A stretch of DNA of 62,557 nucleotides, counting the filler, from Welwitschia mirabilis (taxonomy: Eukaryota): assembly GCA_051453625.1 (NCBI GenBank). It is 3 parts of one record of this genome, joined end to end, with 100 filler letters (N's around TTAATTAATTAA, not from the genome) between each part and the next. Parts side by side here need not be neighbours in the genome. Positions count along the whole stretch, not along the records: positions 22,867 to 54,475 come from JBOZIK010000001.1; positions 54,576 to 62,557 come from JBOZIK010000001.1; 1 more part is not named here. One strand, given 5' to 3'. The position numbers were made by a program, and so were the translations under genes. Shown here piece after piece: positions 50,797 to 62,557 of this stretch (position 1 is its first letter; every line of letters begins with the position of its first letter). The notes under the pieces were generated by a model, which searched no databases, was not told the origin of the DNA, and saw nothing but the letters and a program-made list of their open reading frames with translations.

Positions 50797-52842
50797 TGTT
50801 AGGATTCTATATTGCCAATTGATATCAAACTAATATGATCTTTATAGAATGAAATATGATTTTACAGATGCAAGAAACTGAAGGATCCATATCCAAAAGA
50901 TAGCCAAGATTTGGACATGTTCTGATTAAAGTATTTTGATTTTTTGTTCAAGGAATTAAAGTAAGAGTTAATCGAACTTGGAAATACTCATTGTGGGCTA
51001 CTTCATAAGGGGTCAACCAGATCTTTAAGTGGTTGACCGGATTTAAAAATTCATTTTTCAAGCTTCTCCGTATGTACTATATCATATGGGGTCAACTTGA
51101 CTCATGTGAGGTCAACTAAACCTGAAGAAAAGCGATCGACTAGATTTTAAATTAAGTTGACTAGACCAAGTAACATGAGTTATTTAGATCAATTGGATGA
51201 AAAAGGAGGCGACTGAATCAAGTGATTTGAGTTACTTGGGTTGACCAAATGTTTTGAGGAATCAGCTGGTTAGAGTGGAAGCAGAAATTTTCAAATAGTT
51301 TTCTAACCATTATTTCACTAAATCAGTTCATTTCAAATGTCAAATTCCTTCCCAATTATCTAACAGCTATATTTTGGGGAAATCTATTTAAAGAGCCAAC
51401 ACTCAAAAACCTAGTGTAATTAAGATCAAATGGATTTTAAAAAAGGATATTCCACTCTTGATATAAAGAGCTTATCTTTATACCATCATTTTAAAAAAGG
51501 ATATTGCACTCTTGATCTAAAGAGCTTATCTTTGTACCATCATTCTTCTCTTCAAAAATTACTCAACACTTACCTTTGTACTAAATCTAAGCAATAAATC
51601 TCAATTATTATTTTTTGCATTTAAGTGACTTAAGAGCATAGAGGCTTCATTTCCTTACTCACTTTTGTACATTTTATTGAGGTTGAGACTTAGCCTGCAA
51701 AAGTACATTTATTAAAGTTAAGACTTAGCCTCCAAAGTCTATTTTATGAAGGTTGAGACTTAGCCTGAAAAATTACACTTTGTAAGGTTGAAGATTAGCC
51801 TTGAAAACCTAGTGGATAGTAAAGCAACAAAGGTCTAGAACAGTTTTGATTATTGACTGTCTTCCGAGAGTGGATTAGGATGCATTTGGAACCACTATAA
51901 ATCTTATCTTTTGCATTTCTTTAGTTTTACTTTTAAGCTTATTTTGTTATATTTTTTTATATCATATTTGCTTCCTTAGTAGTAATAGTTTCTTAAATTT
52001 TTAAGCAATCCTATTCACCCCGCTCTAGGGTTCTTAATCCTACAAAACATGTAATGATTAATCTATGAAATAAAAAAATGCAATTTAAGTCCTAAACTAA
52101 TATTTTCAACCTTAATAAAAATTGCCCTTGATAACTTATATCACAAATGAATCTATCATGGAATCATAAGTAACATAAATCATAAGAGATATGCACATGA
52201 GTATGAATAAGACTAAAGGAAAATTTTCATTAAAAGTTGAATTAACATTCTATTATAAAGTAGTAGCATCTTAATGAAGGAGACACAACTCAATACTAAG
52301 GAATATCCCTCTCTGCAACGAACAGATGAACCTCCTATCCTTCGATCTCCTATCATGCAAATCTAATAGNNNNNNNNNNNNNNNNNNNNNNNNNNATAAA
52401 GTGCATGTCATATTGCACAAGTTAGATGAAGTTTGGTAGATTGGCTAAAACTATATTGCTATCCTATGTATCATCTAGATGATGGTGGAGACAACGCCCC
52501 ATTAACAGAGTTCTATATTGATCCTTTATATCGCTTCATTTAACCTCTTAGTTAGCATGTAAGTAATGTCATCCTTGTATGTCATCTAGATGATGGAGGG
52601 AATGACAACCTTCTTCAAGCTCTTCCATCAAGTAAATTTGGATTTGTAGAACATTAATTTCTTCTTAAAATGTGAAGTATTAATATTAATACAAAATACT
52701 TCCAAAAGTGCTAGTATTTATGCATCTTCGTGAATTTATCCTTAACCCTCAATAATCATTGCTTTGTGCTTAGACTAGTTTAAATGTCTTGCAAAAATAC
52801 TCAAAATACCCCATGAAAAATATACAATTTGGTGTCATAGCA

Positions 52843-54475
52843 TAGCCTCCCACTTAGTCTTGTCAATCCCTAACAAAGTTGATGAAAAACTATAATTGCG
52901 AGCGAAATTGACTAAGATAAAACACTATCTGGGGATATGTAAATCAAGTTTAGAAATCTCAGTATGCAAGAATACATCTCAAAATCAAATAAATGGAATG
53001 TTTTACCTTGGCAGATGACATGACCATGGTGTTGTCCAGACTATCATCTGGATGATTGTGGGGATGACATGACTCTTAAAAATCAATCTGTAAAATTAAT
53101 TACCTAAAATCATGTTCATTAGAAAATAAGATTAAAATACTTACTAGTACATTAGTCCCCCACTTAAAAAATTTAACACATTAAAAAAATAGAAATTAGA
53201 TGTCATTAAAAAAATAATCATCATAAGATATGACCATAATAACTTAGATAAATGATGCACATATGTAATCAGAAAAAATAATAATTCAAAAGGAATATTC
53301 ATAGATTAAACATTGAGTTTATAAGCATAATCTGTAAGAGAAATATATAAAAAATAATCAATTACAACATTATTTCCTTCATCCATACTCTCATGAATTA
53401 CTTGTATTATTCTTATAAGGAAAACAAACTATAAGTATTATACTATTAAGTACATATTTTACTAAACAATATCCATAATGCATATTAGTTAAATAGTAGA
53501 TATTTAGAATCAAATTAGTACATTATAGATATGTCGCATGAAAATGACCCTATAAAATTTAAGATTTTCTCAAAATATCTTAAAATCTATGTCTTGTTCC
53601 CTGTTCTCCCTCCCCCTTACCCCTGGATGAATCAATATGTCCTATATTTCATTAATGTAAGAAGAAAAAAGATGAAAAGATAAGTTTAAGTACAAGTAAG
53701 AAAAATAGGCGAGACTAAAAGCAGTATTCTATGCATAAAAGAAAGATCAAAAAATAGTATGAAAAAGATGAAAGATAAAGAGTTAATGCTCAAAAAATAT
53801 CTGTGTGACATCTGTCTAGTCATTTGGATGACAAGAAGGATGATAGAATTTTTCAAAATAATAGAAAATTTGGAATGCTCAGTAAAATTGTTAAGCTCAG
53901 AGAGCATCAAGTAGGTCTTAGAAAGGTATGAGAGAGTTCAAAAGGTGGGAAATGGCTAAGAATCATAATAAATCAAGGGATGATTAAGGAGGTAAGTGCA
54001 TCAAGTTAAGAAAGATAAATGTGCCATGAACTCACAATTATTAAAAAATAGTACTGGATGTGTTAAGGACTCAAAAAGAAAATTAAAGAAGGCTAAACTT
54101 AAAAATATTCAAAAGAATAGATGGGAAAAAACTAGTATCATAAACTAAGGAAATTTATTTTCAAAAATAAAATCAACTTCTATAAAGAAAAGTATTAAAT
54201 GGAAATAAAAATTAACAAGAGAACTATTAAATAATAATTCCTAAGCATTTGTAATGAAAAAGTATGGAAATGACTTTGAAATACCAAAGAAAACAACTAA
54301 GGAAAACAAAATAGAAATTGATAATTTAGAAACATAAAGAAGATTGTGTACCTATCCTAAATTCAAACCTAGAAAACCCCCTTGAAATTAATCATAAAAT
54401 CACCTGATTAGTGATGCATAACATAATATAAAAACTCTATAAAGTACCACTTGAATACGTAGTGATTATGATGAT
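52843..54475 (-). mobile_element. PPT and 3' internal region of an Athila-like element, ending at a scaffold join
   Basis: 52843-53380 parallels 5388-5935 and 54340-54475 parallels 37265-37390; the ~1.2 kb extra ORF appears to be missing. Confidence 0.65.
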
Positions 54476-54575
54476 NNNNNNNNNNNNNNNNNNNNNNNNN
54501 NNNNNNNNNNNNNNNNNNNTTAATTAATTAANNNNNNNNNNNNNNNNNNNNNNNNNNNNNNNNNNNNNNNNNNNN
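54476..54575. other. Artificial scaffold spacer (44 N + TTAATTAATTAA + 44 N)
   Basis: Same 100-bp construct as 22767-22866. Confidence 0.95.
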
Positions 54576-55674
54576 TAACTAGTAGAAATTTAAATTATTC
54601 ATGTTAAATACTCCATAGAATAGAATAACTAAAATTTTGAAGGTTTTAAATGATTCTCAGGCCACCTTCCTAGATGTTTACCTTGAGGTCTCTTTAGATT
54701 TAGAATAGAGTGTAGATAATATGTTGCCTTCATTTATTAAGAAAATTACTACTAGATTAACTAGATGGAATAACAAATACCTCTTTAGTGTGGGTAAAAT
54801 CCTTTTTATTAAGTCTTATCTAGTTAGTAAATCAATTTATTCAACTAGTTTCTTCCCTATTACTAATAAATATGCTAGTATTATTGATAATTTAATTAAA
54901 TATTTTATATGGTTAAGATGTAAATCTCATAAGAGATCTCATCCTATTAGATATAATTAGATAGTCATACCTAAGAAGGTAGGAGGACTTAGTATCAAGA
55001 AAATCACTAATATAAGCAAGTGTATTCTCACTAAGCACTATTATAGGTATATCATAGACATAAATATTCCTTGGATGGACTTCTTTAAGGATGGATATAG
55101 AGACAAGAAAAGGTACTTAATTTTTTGGAGGCAAATGATTCATTCCACTCAAGAGATATGGCCATAAGTTTTTGACAATCAAAACCTTCCTTTTCATAAT
55201 GATAATATAAATAGTACTAAAATGTATCATAATCTCTTTTAATTTGATAATAGAGGGAAAAATATTTGGAATCTCTACATTCTAAAAAAAAATAAAAACG
55301 TTTTGGTGGTATATGTTAAAAAGATATCTTCCCACTATGGATTAACGCATCTAGAGAAATTTGAGAGTTGATTAGGATTGTTTCATGTGCCATAAAGATA
55401 ATGAGACAAATAGCATTTTTTTATTAATTGTTCTTTTGCTAGACATCTTTAGGCTAACATTAATACAATTCCTCTGAACAATATTAATTTGGAAAGTTTT
55501 TGTAGATTCAAATATAACTTGCACATTACTATCAGAGCATGGTTATAATGGAAACATAGATGTAAGATCATGTTTCAAAAAGAGCAAATTTCTTTATCTA
55601 ATTTGAGTTCCAAAATCATCAGGAAAATTGAAGAAATCATTGCAATATAGGATAATGAAAAGGGAATTCATTAA
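54576..55674 (+). pseudogene. LINE ORF2 C-terminus (RT thumb region and zf-RVT)
   Basis: KITTRLTRWNNKYLFSVGKILFIKSYL, YFIW, IPKKVGGLSIK, KTFWW..LPT, CFMCHKDNET..HFFINCSFA, AWL*WKHRC..MF; stop at 55672-55674. Confidence 0.85.
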
Positions 55675-55785
55675 AACCCTCAAAACAGAGTTATAAAAAG
55701 TGATTTGCAAATAGGATTATTGCAAATGGTGTCAAAACTGTACCAAAGTAATGCATCAGAAACATACTAAGAGAGAATCAGGACC

Positions 55786-56628
55786 ATGCTAGAAGACATG
55801 GAGAAAGTGTTGCACATAGAACCAGCCATGCATGATGTCCTTCTTAATTCTGAATAGACTTGGGAAGCATTTCAAGTGACAGGATGGAGTTCATATGTTC
55901 TTAGCCTAAGAGGTCATGATCTGAACTTATCAAAGGAGTTCTTCAGAAACTAGAATGGTAGATCATCAAGGATAAGTAACATCACAATCTTTAATGATAT
56001 CACATCCATTAGTGATGCTATTTGTATAGATCCAAAGGGCATTAAGTTGAAAAGAGGAACACTAAAATCTTTCATTATTTCTTAGTTTAAGGATCTAATT
56101 GACAAAACTGTGAGGATGAAAGGAGGGAGCTATAGAAGAAATGATCCTCTAAAGCCATTTTATGCTTGGGCTTCCATTATCATGAAATACTTCACCTTGG
56201 AGGGCCTCTTTGATAAAATCAATGAGCTATACTTTCACTTTTTAGTTGCTATGATGGGATAATTTCATATAGATCTCCCATTTTTCTTAGCTGACTTACT
56301 TCATCACTTATCGGAGAGTTACAAAGTTCGTCATGAGGGTTTGATTTGTCTTCTCTATCAAAGGAAACTTTAAATTGATGCTGCAGAGCTAGCTTAAAGA
56401 GATATTCTTAAGGGCCCTATGTAAAAGCATCTGCTATAGATTTCCCCATAGAATACTAAGAGTGAAGAGAAGCATTATCTTCCTGGGCCAACTAAGCATT
56501 CTACAGACACACTAAAAGGATCTAAACATGAATAAGAAGAAGATACATAGTAGTAAACAAAGGAACATCAAGATTATGACAAAGAAGAGTATGGCGTAAG
56601 TCCTACCTAAAACCTATGGCCCTAATGA
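55786..56628 (+). pseudogene. Extra ORF ('ORF3') downstream of LINE ORF2, env-like/Transposase_32-like
   Basis: One frame for ~270 codons, broken only by TAA/TAG: MEKVLHIEP..WEAFQVTGWSSYVLSLRGHDLNLSKEFF..WASIIMKYFTLEG..HIDLPFFL..RHEGLICLLY. Confidence 0.7.
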
Positions 56629-56841
56629 TTATCATTTTATTGTTAATCTTTATAGTTATACTAGCCTTGAACCTATGTCTGCTTGGAACTAGGAATCTAG
56701 GCTTATCAAATTAGATGCTGATGTATGAGAATTTGATTACCAGTGTGATTACTACCATGATTCACAATCCACCTTCAAAATCATTATACTATTGGTTTTA
56801 CTTATCTGATATATGTATCGTTTCTTAAAAACAAAAAAAAA

Positions 56842-59800
56842 CATCAAATGATTTACATTCAAGAATCCTAATCATAGGCATATCATCTTTTTTAAATATT
56901 CCTCCTAATTGTTGATAGTACTCACATTTACGATATTATCATGAGAATCTTTAAACATAATTGATTAGTATAATTCATGTTATATGATTTCATGGATAGT
57001 TTTTCCTCCATTAAAGTAACCTCCATTATTGCTACCATGACACATTTGTAGAATATTTAATTGTTATCATTTAATAATGCATCAACATCTGATTTGAACC
57101 TTATGGATTTACTATAAGAAAGGACTTTATCATATATGAATTTTTAATCTTTAGGAATAGTTTTTTATATCTTCACTTAATCAGTCTTATGAAACTTTTG
57201 GAATAGATATATAGTTGATTATATTTTGATACTAAGAGTTATTTCTCTAAAAAGAAGTGTGAATTACAAATAGTTTTTCATTAGAAAATTAACCATTAAA
57301 AGTATTATAAGTGTATTATTCCTTTAAAATTTCTAAATGGAAGAGATGATCAACAATCATAGTTTATCAACCTCACTTATGAAGGAGTTTTAGATCATAC
57401 TCTTGCATTAAAAAACACAATAATATAATACAAATATTCTTAATCTATGTAATTACCATGAATTTAATATTAATTCATTTGTATAAACTCAAGTTTTGAA
57501 ACCCACAAAATAATGTTAAAACCTATGAAGTGCAATAATAATTCCAAGAAAGTATTTATTATTGTTGTATAATTTCAGTGAGTAGAGTTGAGAATCTTAG
57601 AAATGTAGTATATACCTTAAGGTCTACGACCAATTCTCTATTTTAATACAACATCTATGAAAGTATTATTAACATCACATATGAGATCAAAAGAATAATT
57701 ATAATTAGGAATTTTAATAAGAAGGTTTAAGGTTATATTTTCATTTGAAAACATAGAATTTTTCCTATAATATTCACCTCATGTGAAAGGTTTGTCTTTC
57801 TCAACAATTCATATAAAATTTTTACAATTTTTGAGAAACTATTAATGAATTGTTGAAAGTATATGAAATAGGTAATGATGAAATAACTTGAATCTTTTTA
57901 GGACTCACATTCATACCTAATTTTGAAATCACATAACCTAAAACAACTTCACTTATAACCATGAAATGGTACTTTTTCTAGCTTAATTTTATGTCCTTCT
58001 TAGTATAATGTGCTAATAACTTGTAGAGATTTTAAGAGTTTAATTAAAAGAACCATCATAAAACTTCAATTCATTTATAGATATTTTCATAAATTACTCA
58101 AGTGCATTAGCAAATATTGACATCTGGCTTATTGAAATATTGCTTAGTGCATTATGTAAACCCAATAACAATCATCAATAGACAAAATCTATAAAGGATG
58201 AAATGAATGTTGCTTTATGTTGATTTTTAGTTACTATTGAAATTTGGTTATAATCAATAAATGAATTTAAGAGGTAGTAATATTCATTTCCTAAATAGTT
58301 TGGTAGAATTTAATTAATGTATGAAATTAAAAAGTGGTTCATTTTAATGTTCTCATTAAGTTTCTTAAAGTTAATACATACTCATCATTTTCCATTTTTC
58401 TTTGGAACTATTATAATTTAATTTATCATTTACTATTAAAAATTGAATATACAATTTCTTATCTTTACAATTTATGAACCTCATCTTTAATTGGTTTTTT
58501 TAACATAGGATTCAAATGTTAAGACTATTGCTTAACTAGTTTTACACTTTTCTTTAGGTAAATCTTATGCATAACTGAAGTAGTTGAAACATATTTTTGA
58601 AAATATTTATTAGATTAAGCAACGGATCTCATATTTTCTCTTAAAATTTGAATTAATTTTTCTCACAGTTTAATTATAAGTCATTATTAATGATTAAAGG
58701 TTTGATTTTGCTTCATCAAGGTACATGTATTTCAAATGTGGTGTTACCTCTTTAAGCTCCGAAGTTCCTTGATGTTCATTTTGTATAAGAACTTCCTAAT
58801 ATTCCTAAGGTTCGAAGATAAATTTTTCTTTAGGGTTGTATTTTTCTTCTATTTTTCATTAACTCTTAATAGATTTTAATGTTCATTTTCTAGGACTAAT
58901 CATAAAGAATCTTCCACAAACATTCCTTAGCTGTAATATCAATAAATTACAGTTCAAGTTTGAACATTTTTCTTTATGATCTCTTAAATTAAAAATTTCT
59001 ATATTTATTTTTAAATTCATTAATATAATTTATACTAATATAGTGTACTAATGTATTATTATAACTACTATGATTAACAAAGGGCCACCCAAAATAATTT
59101 AAACATATTTTTCAAAAATCTTCAAAATCAAAAAAAATCTATAGTTCCTAGTGGATTTACTATAGAACCATTTACTAATAATAAGATCATACCAATGTTC
59201 AAAAATGCCACTAATTCCAAAGTTTCATAAAGATGAAAAGGCATAATGTTGATGATTGCACTCAAATCAAGTGATTCATGAGGCATTTTCTTCTCATTAG
59301 TGATCACTAGAATGGTTGATAATCTAAGATCATTATATTTAGGTGGTATCTTGTTTTTCATCATTTGAGTAATTTTCACTTTTTCTTTGAACATAAATCC
59401 TTAATATATTTGGAGTATAAGGATGTGTTTCTAATAACTCACCTCTTTATGATTGATACTTTCATCTTCCATACGGTCCTCTTTTAATTACCCATAAAAT
59501 GGTGGTTTCAAAGTTTTTTTAGTTGTTATAGTTATTATAACAAGAATGAAATGAATTTTCATCATTTTTTTAAGCATCTTAGATTTCTTATTGTACTTTT
59601 TTATATCTTCATGAATATTCTCTTTGTATGTTTTTGATTATTTCAAATCATTATTTCTTTTCTTTAAATTTTAAGAATTCATTATTCCTTGTAAGCCCTG
59701 TCCACTTATTGTCATTGCTACATGTGCCTAATTAGGGATTTGTTAGTAGGCCTAAGTTCTTCTTATGAAGCTAACCTTAGGTTTTCAATTTAAATGAAGT

Positions 59801-61300
59801 TTATTAACATCCTTTTCATGTTTCTAATTTTTTTAATTATCAAATACATTTGTTATTTTATCCAATTATTCATATAATTCTATATATCTTAAATTTGTAT
59901 TGTTATTCTAATAGGATTTTCCTTAAAATAAGGGTTTATAGTAATTTAATTGGTAAGGTGATCTCTATTGACAATTTTAATATTCTTACCATTGTATTTT
60001 CTAATTATTAGGATAATGCTATTTATAGAGATGGAGTAGGAGCTAAGGTAGTTAAAGAATCATTACTTTAAAATGTTGCTGCCATTTTTTTAACAGTGTT
60101 AAGTACATATTACCATGCTCTATAATTTTAAGCATTATATCATGTTTACTCATAAAGAATACATATTATAAGTTTTTAACAACAATTAGTGTTGTTCTAT
60201 TTTCCTCATGATGAATGTTTAGAGTATCATTTTGAGTTTGTTGTGGTGGCATTTATGATGGCATTCAAGATTATACTTGAGTTATCTTATTTAATGAATG
60301 TCTCATATTTGTTACTTAAGTTTGTTGGATTAACATCACACTCATTAAATTTTGCATTATTTCCTTTACTTCTTAATCATTACTACTTGTTCTTAAGCAA
60401 AAGATACTTTTCTTATTGGTTTTGTTGGCCACCTTTTACTTTGATCAAGTAAATCTTCCAAGATTTTGAAAGCTTTCTTAAGGATATCATCCAAAATATT
60501 TTCTTTTATCATAAAGTTAACATGTGTAGAAATCTTATTGTTAGTAAATGTAGAAATTTCCATCTATTTCTAAAATGAAGCATTTTCTTTAGTATCTTTT
60601 ACATCATGGGCTTGAGGATTTCATGTGCTTTATCTTTATCATTTTACCCTTCTTGTAATTAAATAAAAGTCTTTTTCATATTTTTTAATGAATGCATATA
60701 TGTAAGTTTTATTTAATTATGTTTGTTTGAAGCACTAGAAGATTACAAGCCACATTTTAAAAAAAAAAAAAAAGAAGAAAGATTTTCTTTGATGATGCAC
60801 CTAATCTATTTCCTCCAAATATTTTCACATGAAGATGCATTTATCATTTTGTTTTATATCAAATGTTAAAACATCATTGTAATATATTTTTCTATAAAAA
60901 AATGCTCATATGAATTTCTTTTATGCCAATAAGGTTCTTCATGATGTTATTTTTCAAATTAGATCACAAGTAGAGAATGTGCATTTGGAGATCTCTTATC
61001 TCCTATAGTTTTTAGTGAATTAAGTGGATGATCCTTCAATTTTCTCTAGGAATCTACTTCTCCATTAACATTCTAATGTAAGCAACTAGCATTAATTATC
61101 TTTTAATTTAAATATTAGTTATTTTAATGTTCTAGTCTATAATCCTTTTTAGGCTTTTATTATCATTTCATTTTTAGTGATCTATAGATGTTATTTATGT
61201 TGTATGTAGATTTGAATTTGTTATATTAATATGGAACTTTTTATTTAGGATTTGATGACCCTCTTAAAGTATAATTTAAAACATTTATTGGATTTTAAAT
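56842..61300 (-). pseudogene. Very decayed Athila-like gag-PR-RT-RH-INT (5' part of INT)
   Basis: KCEYYQQLGGIFKKDDMPMIRILECKSFD (INT), WEIVPKKNGK-like and GLHNALS (RT), LDLSAIINIMPFHLYETL (PR), gag remnants near 60400-61100. Confidence 0.8.
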
Positions 61301-61550
61301 TTTATAAATTTAATTATTATAAATTCTATTGTGATTATAGTTTAACAAAATTAGTGTAATCCTTATTTATTTTTAGAAATAAATAATTATTAATTTTAAT
61401 TTTGACAATTATTTCAAAGCTATAAAATTGATAATTAGTGTTATTAATTATAGAAATTATCTAATAAATTTATATGAATGATGTAAATATTGAATATTTA
61501 TTTATGTCAAAGGATTATTGAGGAAATATGTCTTCATGTCAGCAAAAAAA

Positions 61551-62481
61551 TATTGGTGCAAAATGTCAGTAATCATTTTTTTTCAAAATGTGAGAATTAT
61601 CATAAAATCCATAATAGTATAAGCTGAAAAGAACTAAAGCTAAATCATTAAAACAAAGTTTGATGTGAATAAATGAGTTAGAAATCTAATATCACATAAA
61701 TACCACACATCTACCCTATATAATTCTTTTTATTCTCTATTTTTTAATCCATTATATGTAACATTTTGAGTTTAATTACTAACATATCAGAGACCTTTAC
61801 TTACAACAACAAGTTACTAGCATTTTGAAAATATCAGGGGAAAATGTTTTCCTATAAAAGACATAAATGCTAAATTTTTATTGGGCTACATGTCACCCAA
61901 TTTTGAAGACATGTCATCCTCTTTAAATTACTAATTTATAATAATAGTTTAAAATTTTAAAGTAAATAATAATTAAAATAATTTTGTAATTTTCATTCAA
62001 TGTCACTTAACTTTATTTAATAATTTCATAATTTTTACCAAGATATTATTTTTAAATGATAAGTAAAACTTTCTAATTTCAATTAAATTAAGACAAAAAC
62101 TAGATTTTTTTCCTATTATGTCCATACGACCCTAAGAAATTATCAAATAGAAAAATGTACAAGACACGACTCAAAACGTGCCTTCCATAAAGTTACCTAA
62201 AGGTTTGGGTTATACATGAAGCAAATTTAACTAAAGTATACACTTTAATATTTTATTTATTTTATATGTTTTCTATTAAAAAAATTTAAGAAGAAATACA
62301 ATATTCATCTTCAATACTATGTTGGTTATAATGCTAGCATGTTAGCTCTTTTTAAGGAACTTTAGACAATCTATCTATTTCAATTCTAAGTAAATAGAGC
62401 CCATTTTTAACCTACTAATATGAATCTATTAATGAAGGAAAACATTAGCACTTAAATTTATTACCTCTATAGAAATTCCTG
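61551..62481 (-). repeat. Probable LTR remnant of the preceding element
   Basis: Begins TATTGGTGCAAAATG (decayed TGTTGG...) upstream of the minus-strand gag; the PBS is not convincing. Confidence 0.35.
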
Positions 62482-62557
62482 TGTTGCGGTGTGTATTTGT
62501 GCAATAGTTCACATTTCAATTTCAATCCTGTTAATTATAAATAAGATGCAAAATACA
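62482..62557 (-). repeat. Terminus of another Athila-family LTR, cut by the window edge
   Basis: TGTTGCGGTGTGTATTTGTG matches the left termini at 4148, 9722, 44848 and 46183. Confidence 0.75.

Larger units (their letters stand above)
46550..52044 (+). mobile_element. Non-autonomous gag-only Ty1/copia Sirevirus (SIRE/Maximus-like), structurally complete
   Basis: LTRs 46550-48548 (with N gap) and 50797-52044 (TGTTAGGATT...ATCCTACA), perfect TSD AAACA, PBS TGGTATCAGA 48551-48560, multiple PPTs, C-rich U5 motif TATTCACCCCGCTCTAGG. Confidence 0.9.
46183..52842 (-). repeat. 3' LTR of another Athila-like element (46183-46549 plus 52050-52842), split by the Sirevirus
   Basis: Starts TATTGTGGTGCAGATTT, ends GGTGTCATAGCA followed by the PPT complement TAGCCTCCCACTTAGTC; the two halves rejoin across the AAACA TSD. 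Confidence 0.75.
54576..56841 (+). mobile_element. 3' part of an L1-type LINE with an extra ORF and A-tail, inserted in an Athila integrase
   Basis: ORF2 C-terminal remnant, a second decayed ORF, ~200 bp UTR, then AAAAACAAAAAAAAA at 56827-56841 directly abutting integrase sequence. Confidence 0.75.

Noticed and set aside
51678-51802. CRISPR-like spaced repeats (AGGTTGAGACTTAGCC)
   Set aside because: Eukaryotic LTR context, short repeats, spacers similar to each other, no cas genes.

Overview
This is AT-rich seed-plant nuclear DNA from a gapped short-read-style assembly; the species cannot be determined from the sequence. I see no intact host gene, RNA gene or CRISPR array. The window is a nested set of old, C>T/G>A-decayed retrotransposons. 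A plus-strand Athila-like element (77-4147, resuming at 46104) appears to be split by a ~42 kb minus-strand Athila-like element (LTRs 4148-5387 and 44848-46103). That element in turn contains a Tat-clade element (5' LTR ~7189-9372, tRNA-Asn-type PBS, extra RNase H, tandemly duplicated pol, 3' LTR ending 36005), and the Tat element holds a solo LTR and a Tekay/Del chromovirus. Further right lie a structurally complete gag-only Sirevirus (46550-52044, AAACA TSD), an L1-type LINE 3' end, and another decayed Athila. Two observations stand out. First, both Tat LTRs carry a mosaic of captured host-gene pieces, with DNA polymerase eta joined at a 5-bp microhomology to the CRS2-associated splicing factor. 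Second, the LINE carries an extra ~270-codon ORF between ORF2 and its A-tail, resembling LTR-retrotransposon env-like accessory proteins. All family assignments come from manual translation and recalled motifs, not database searches; boundaries marked ~ are approximate.
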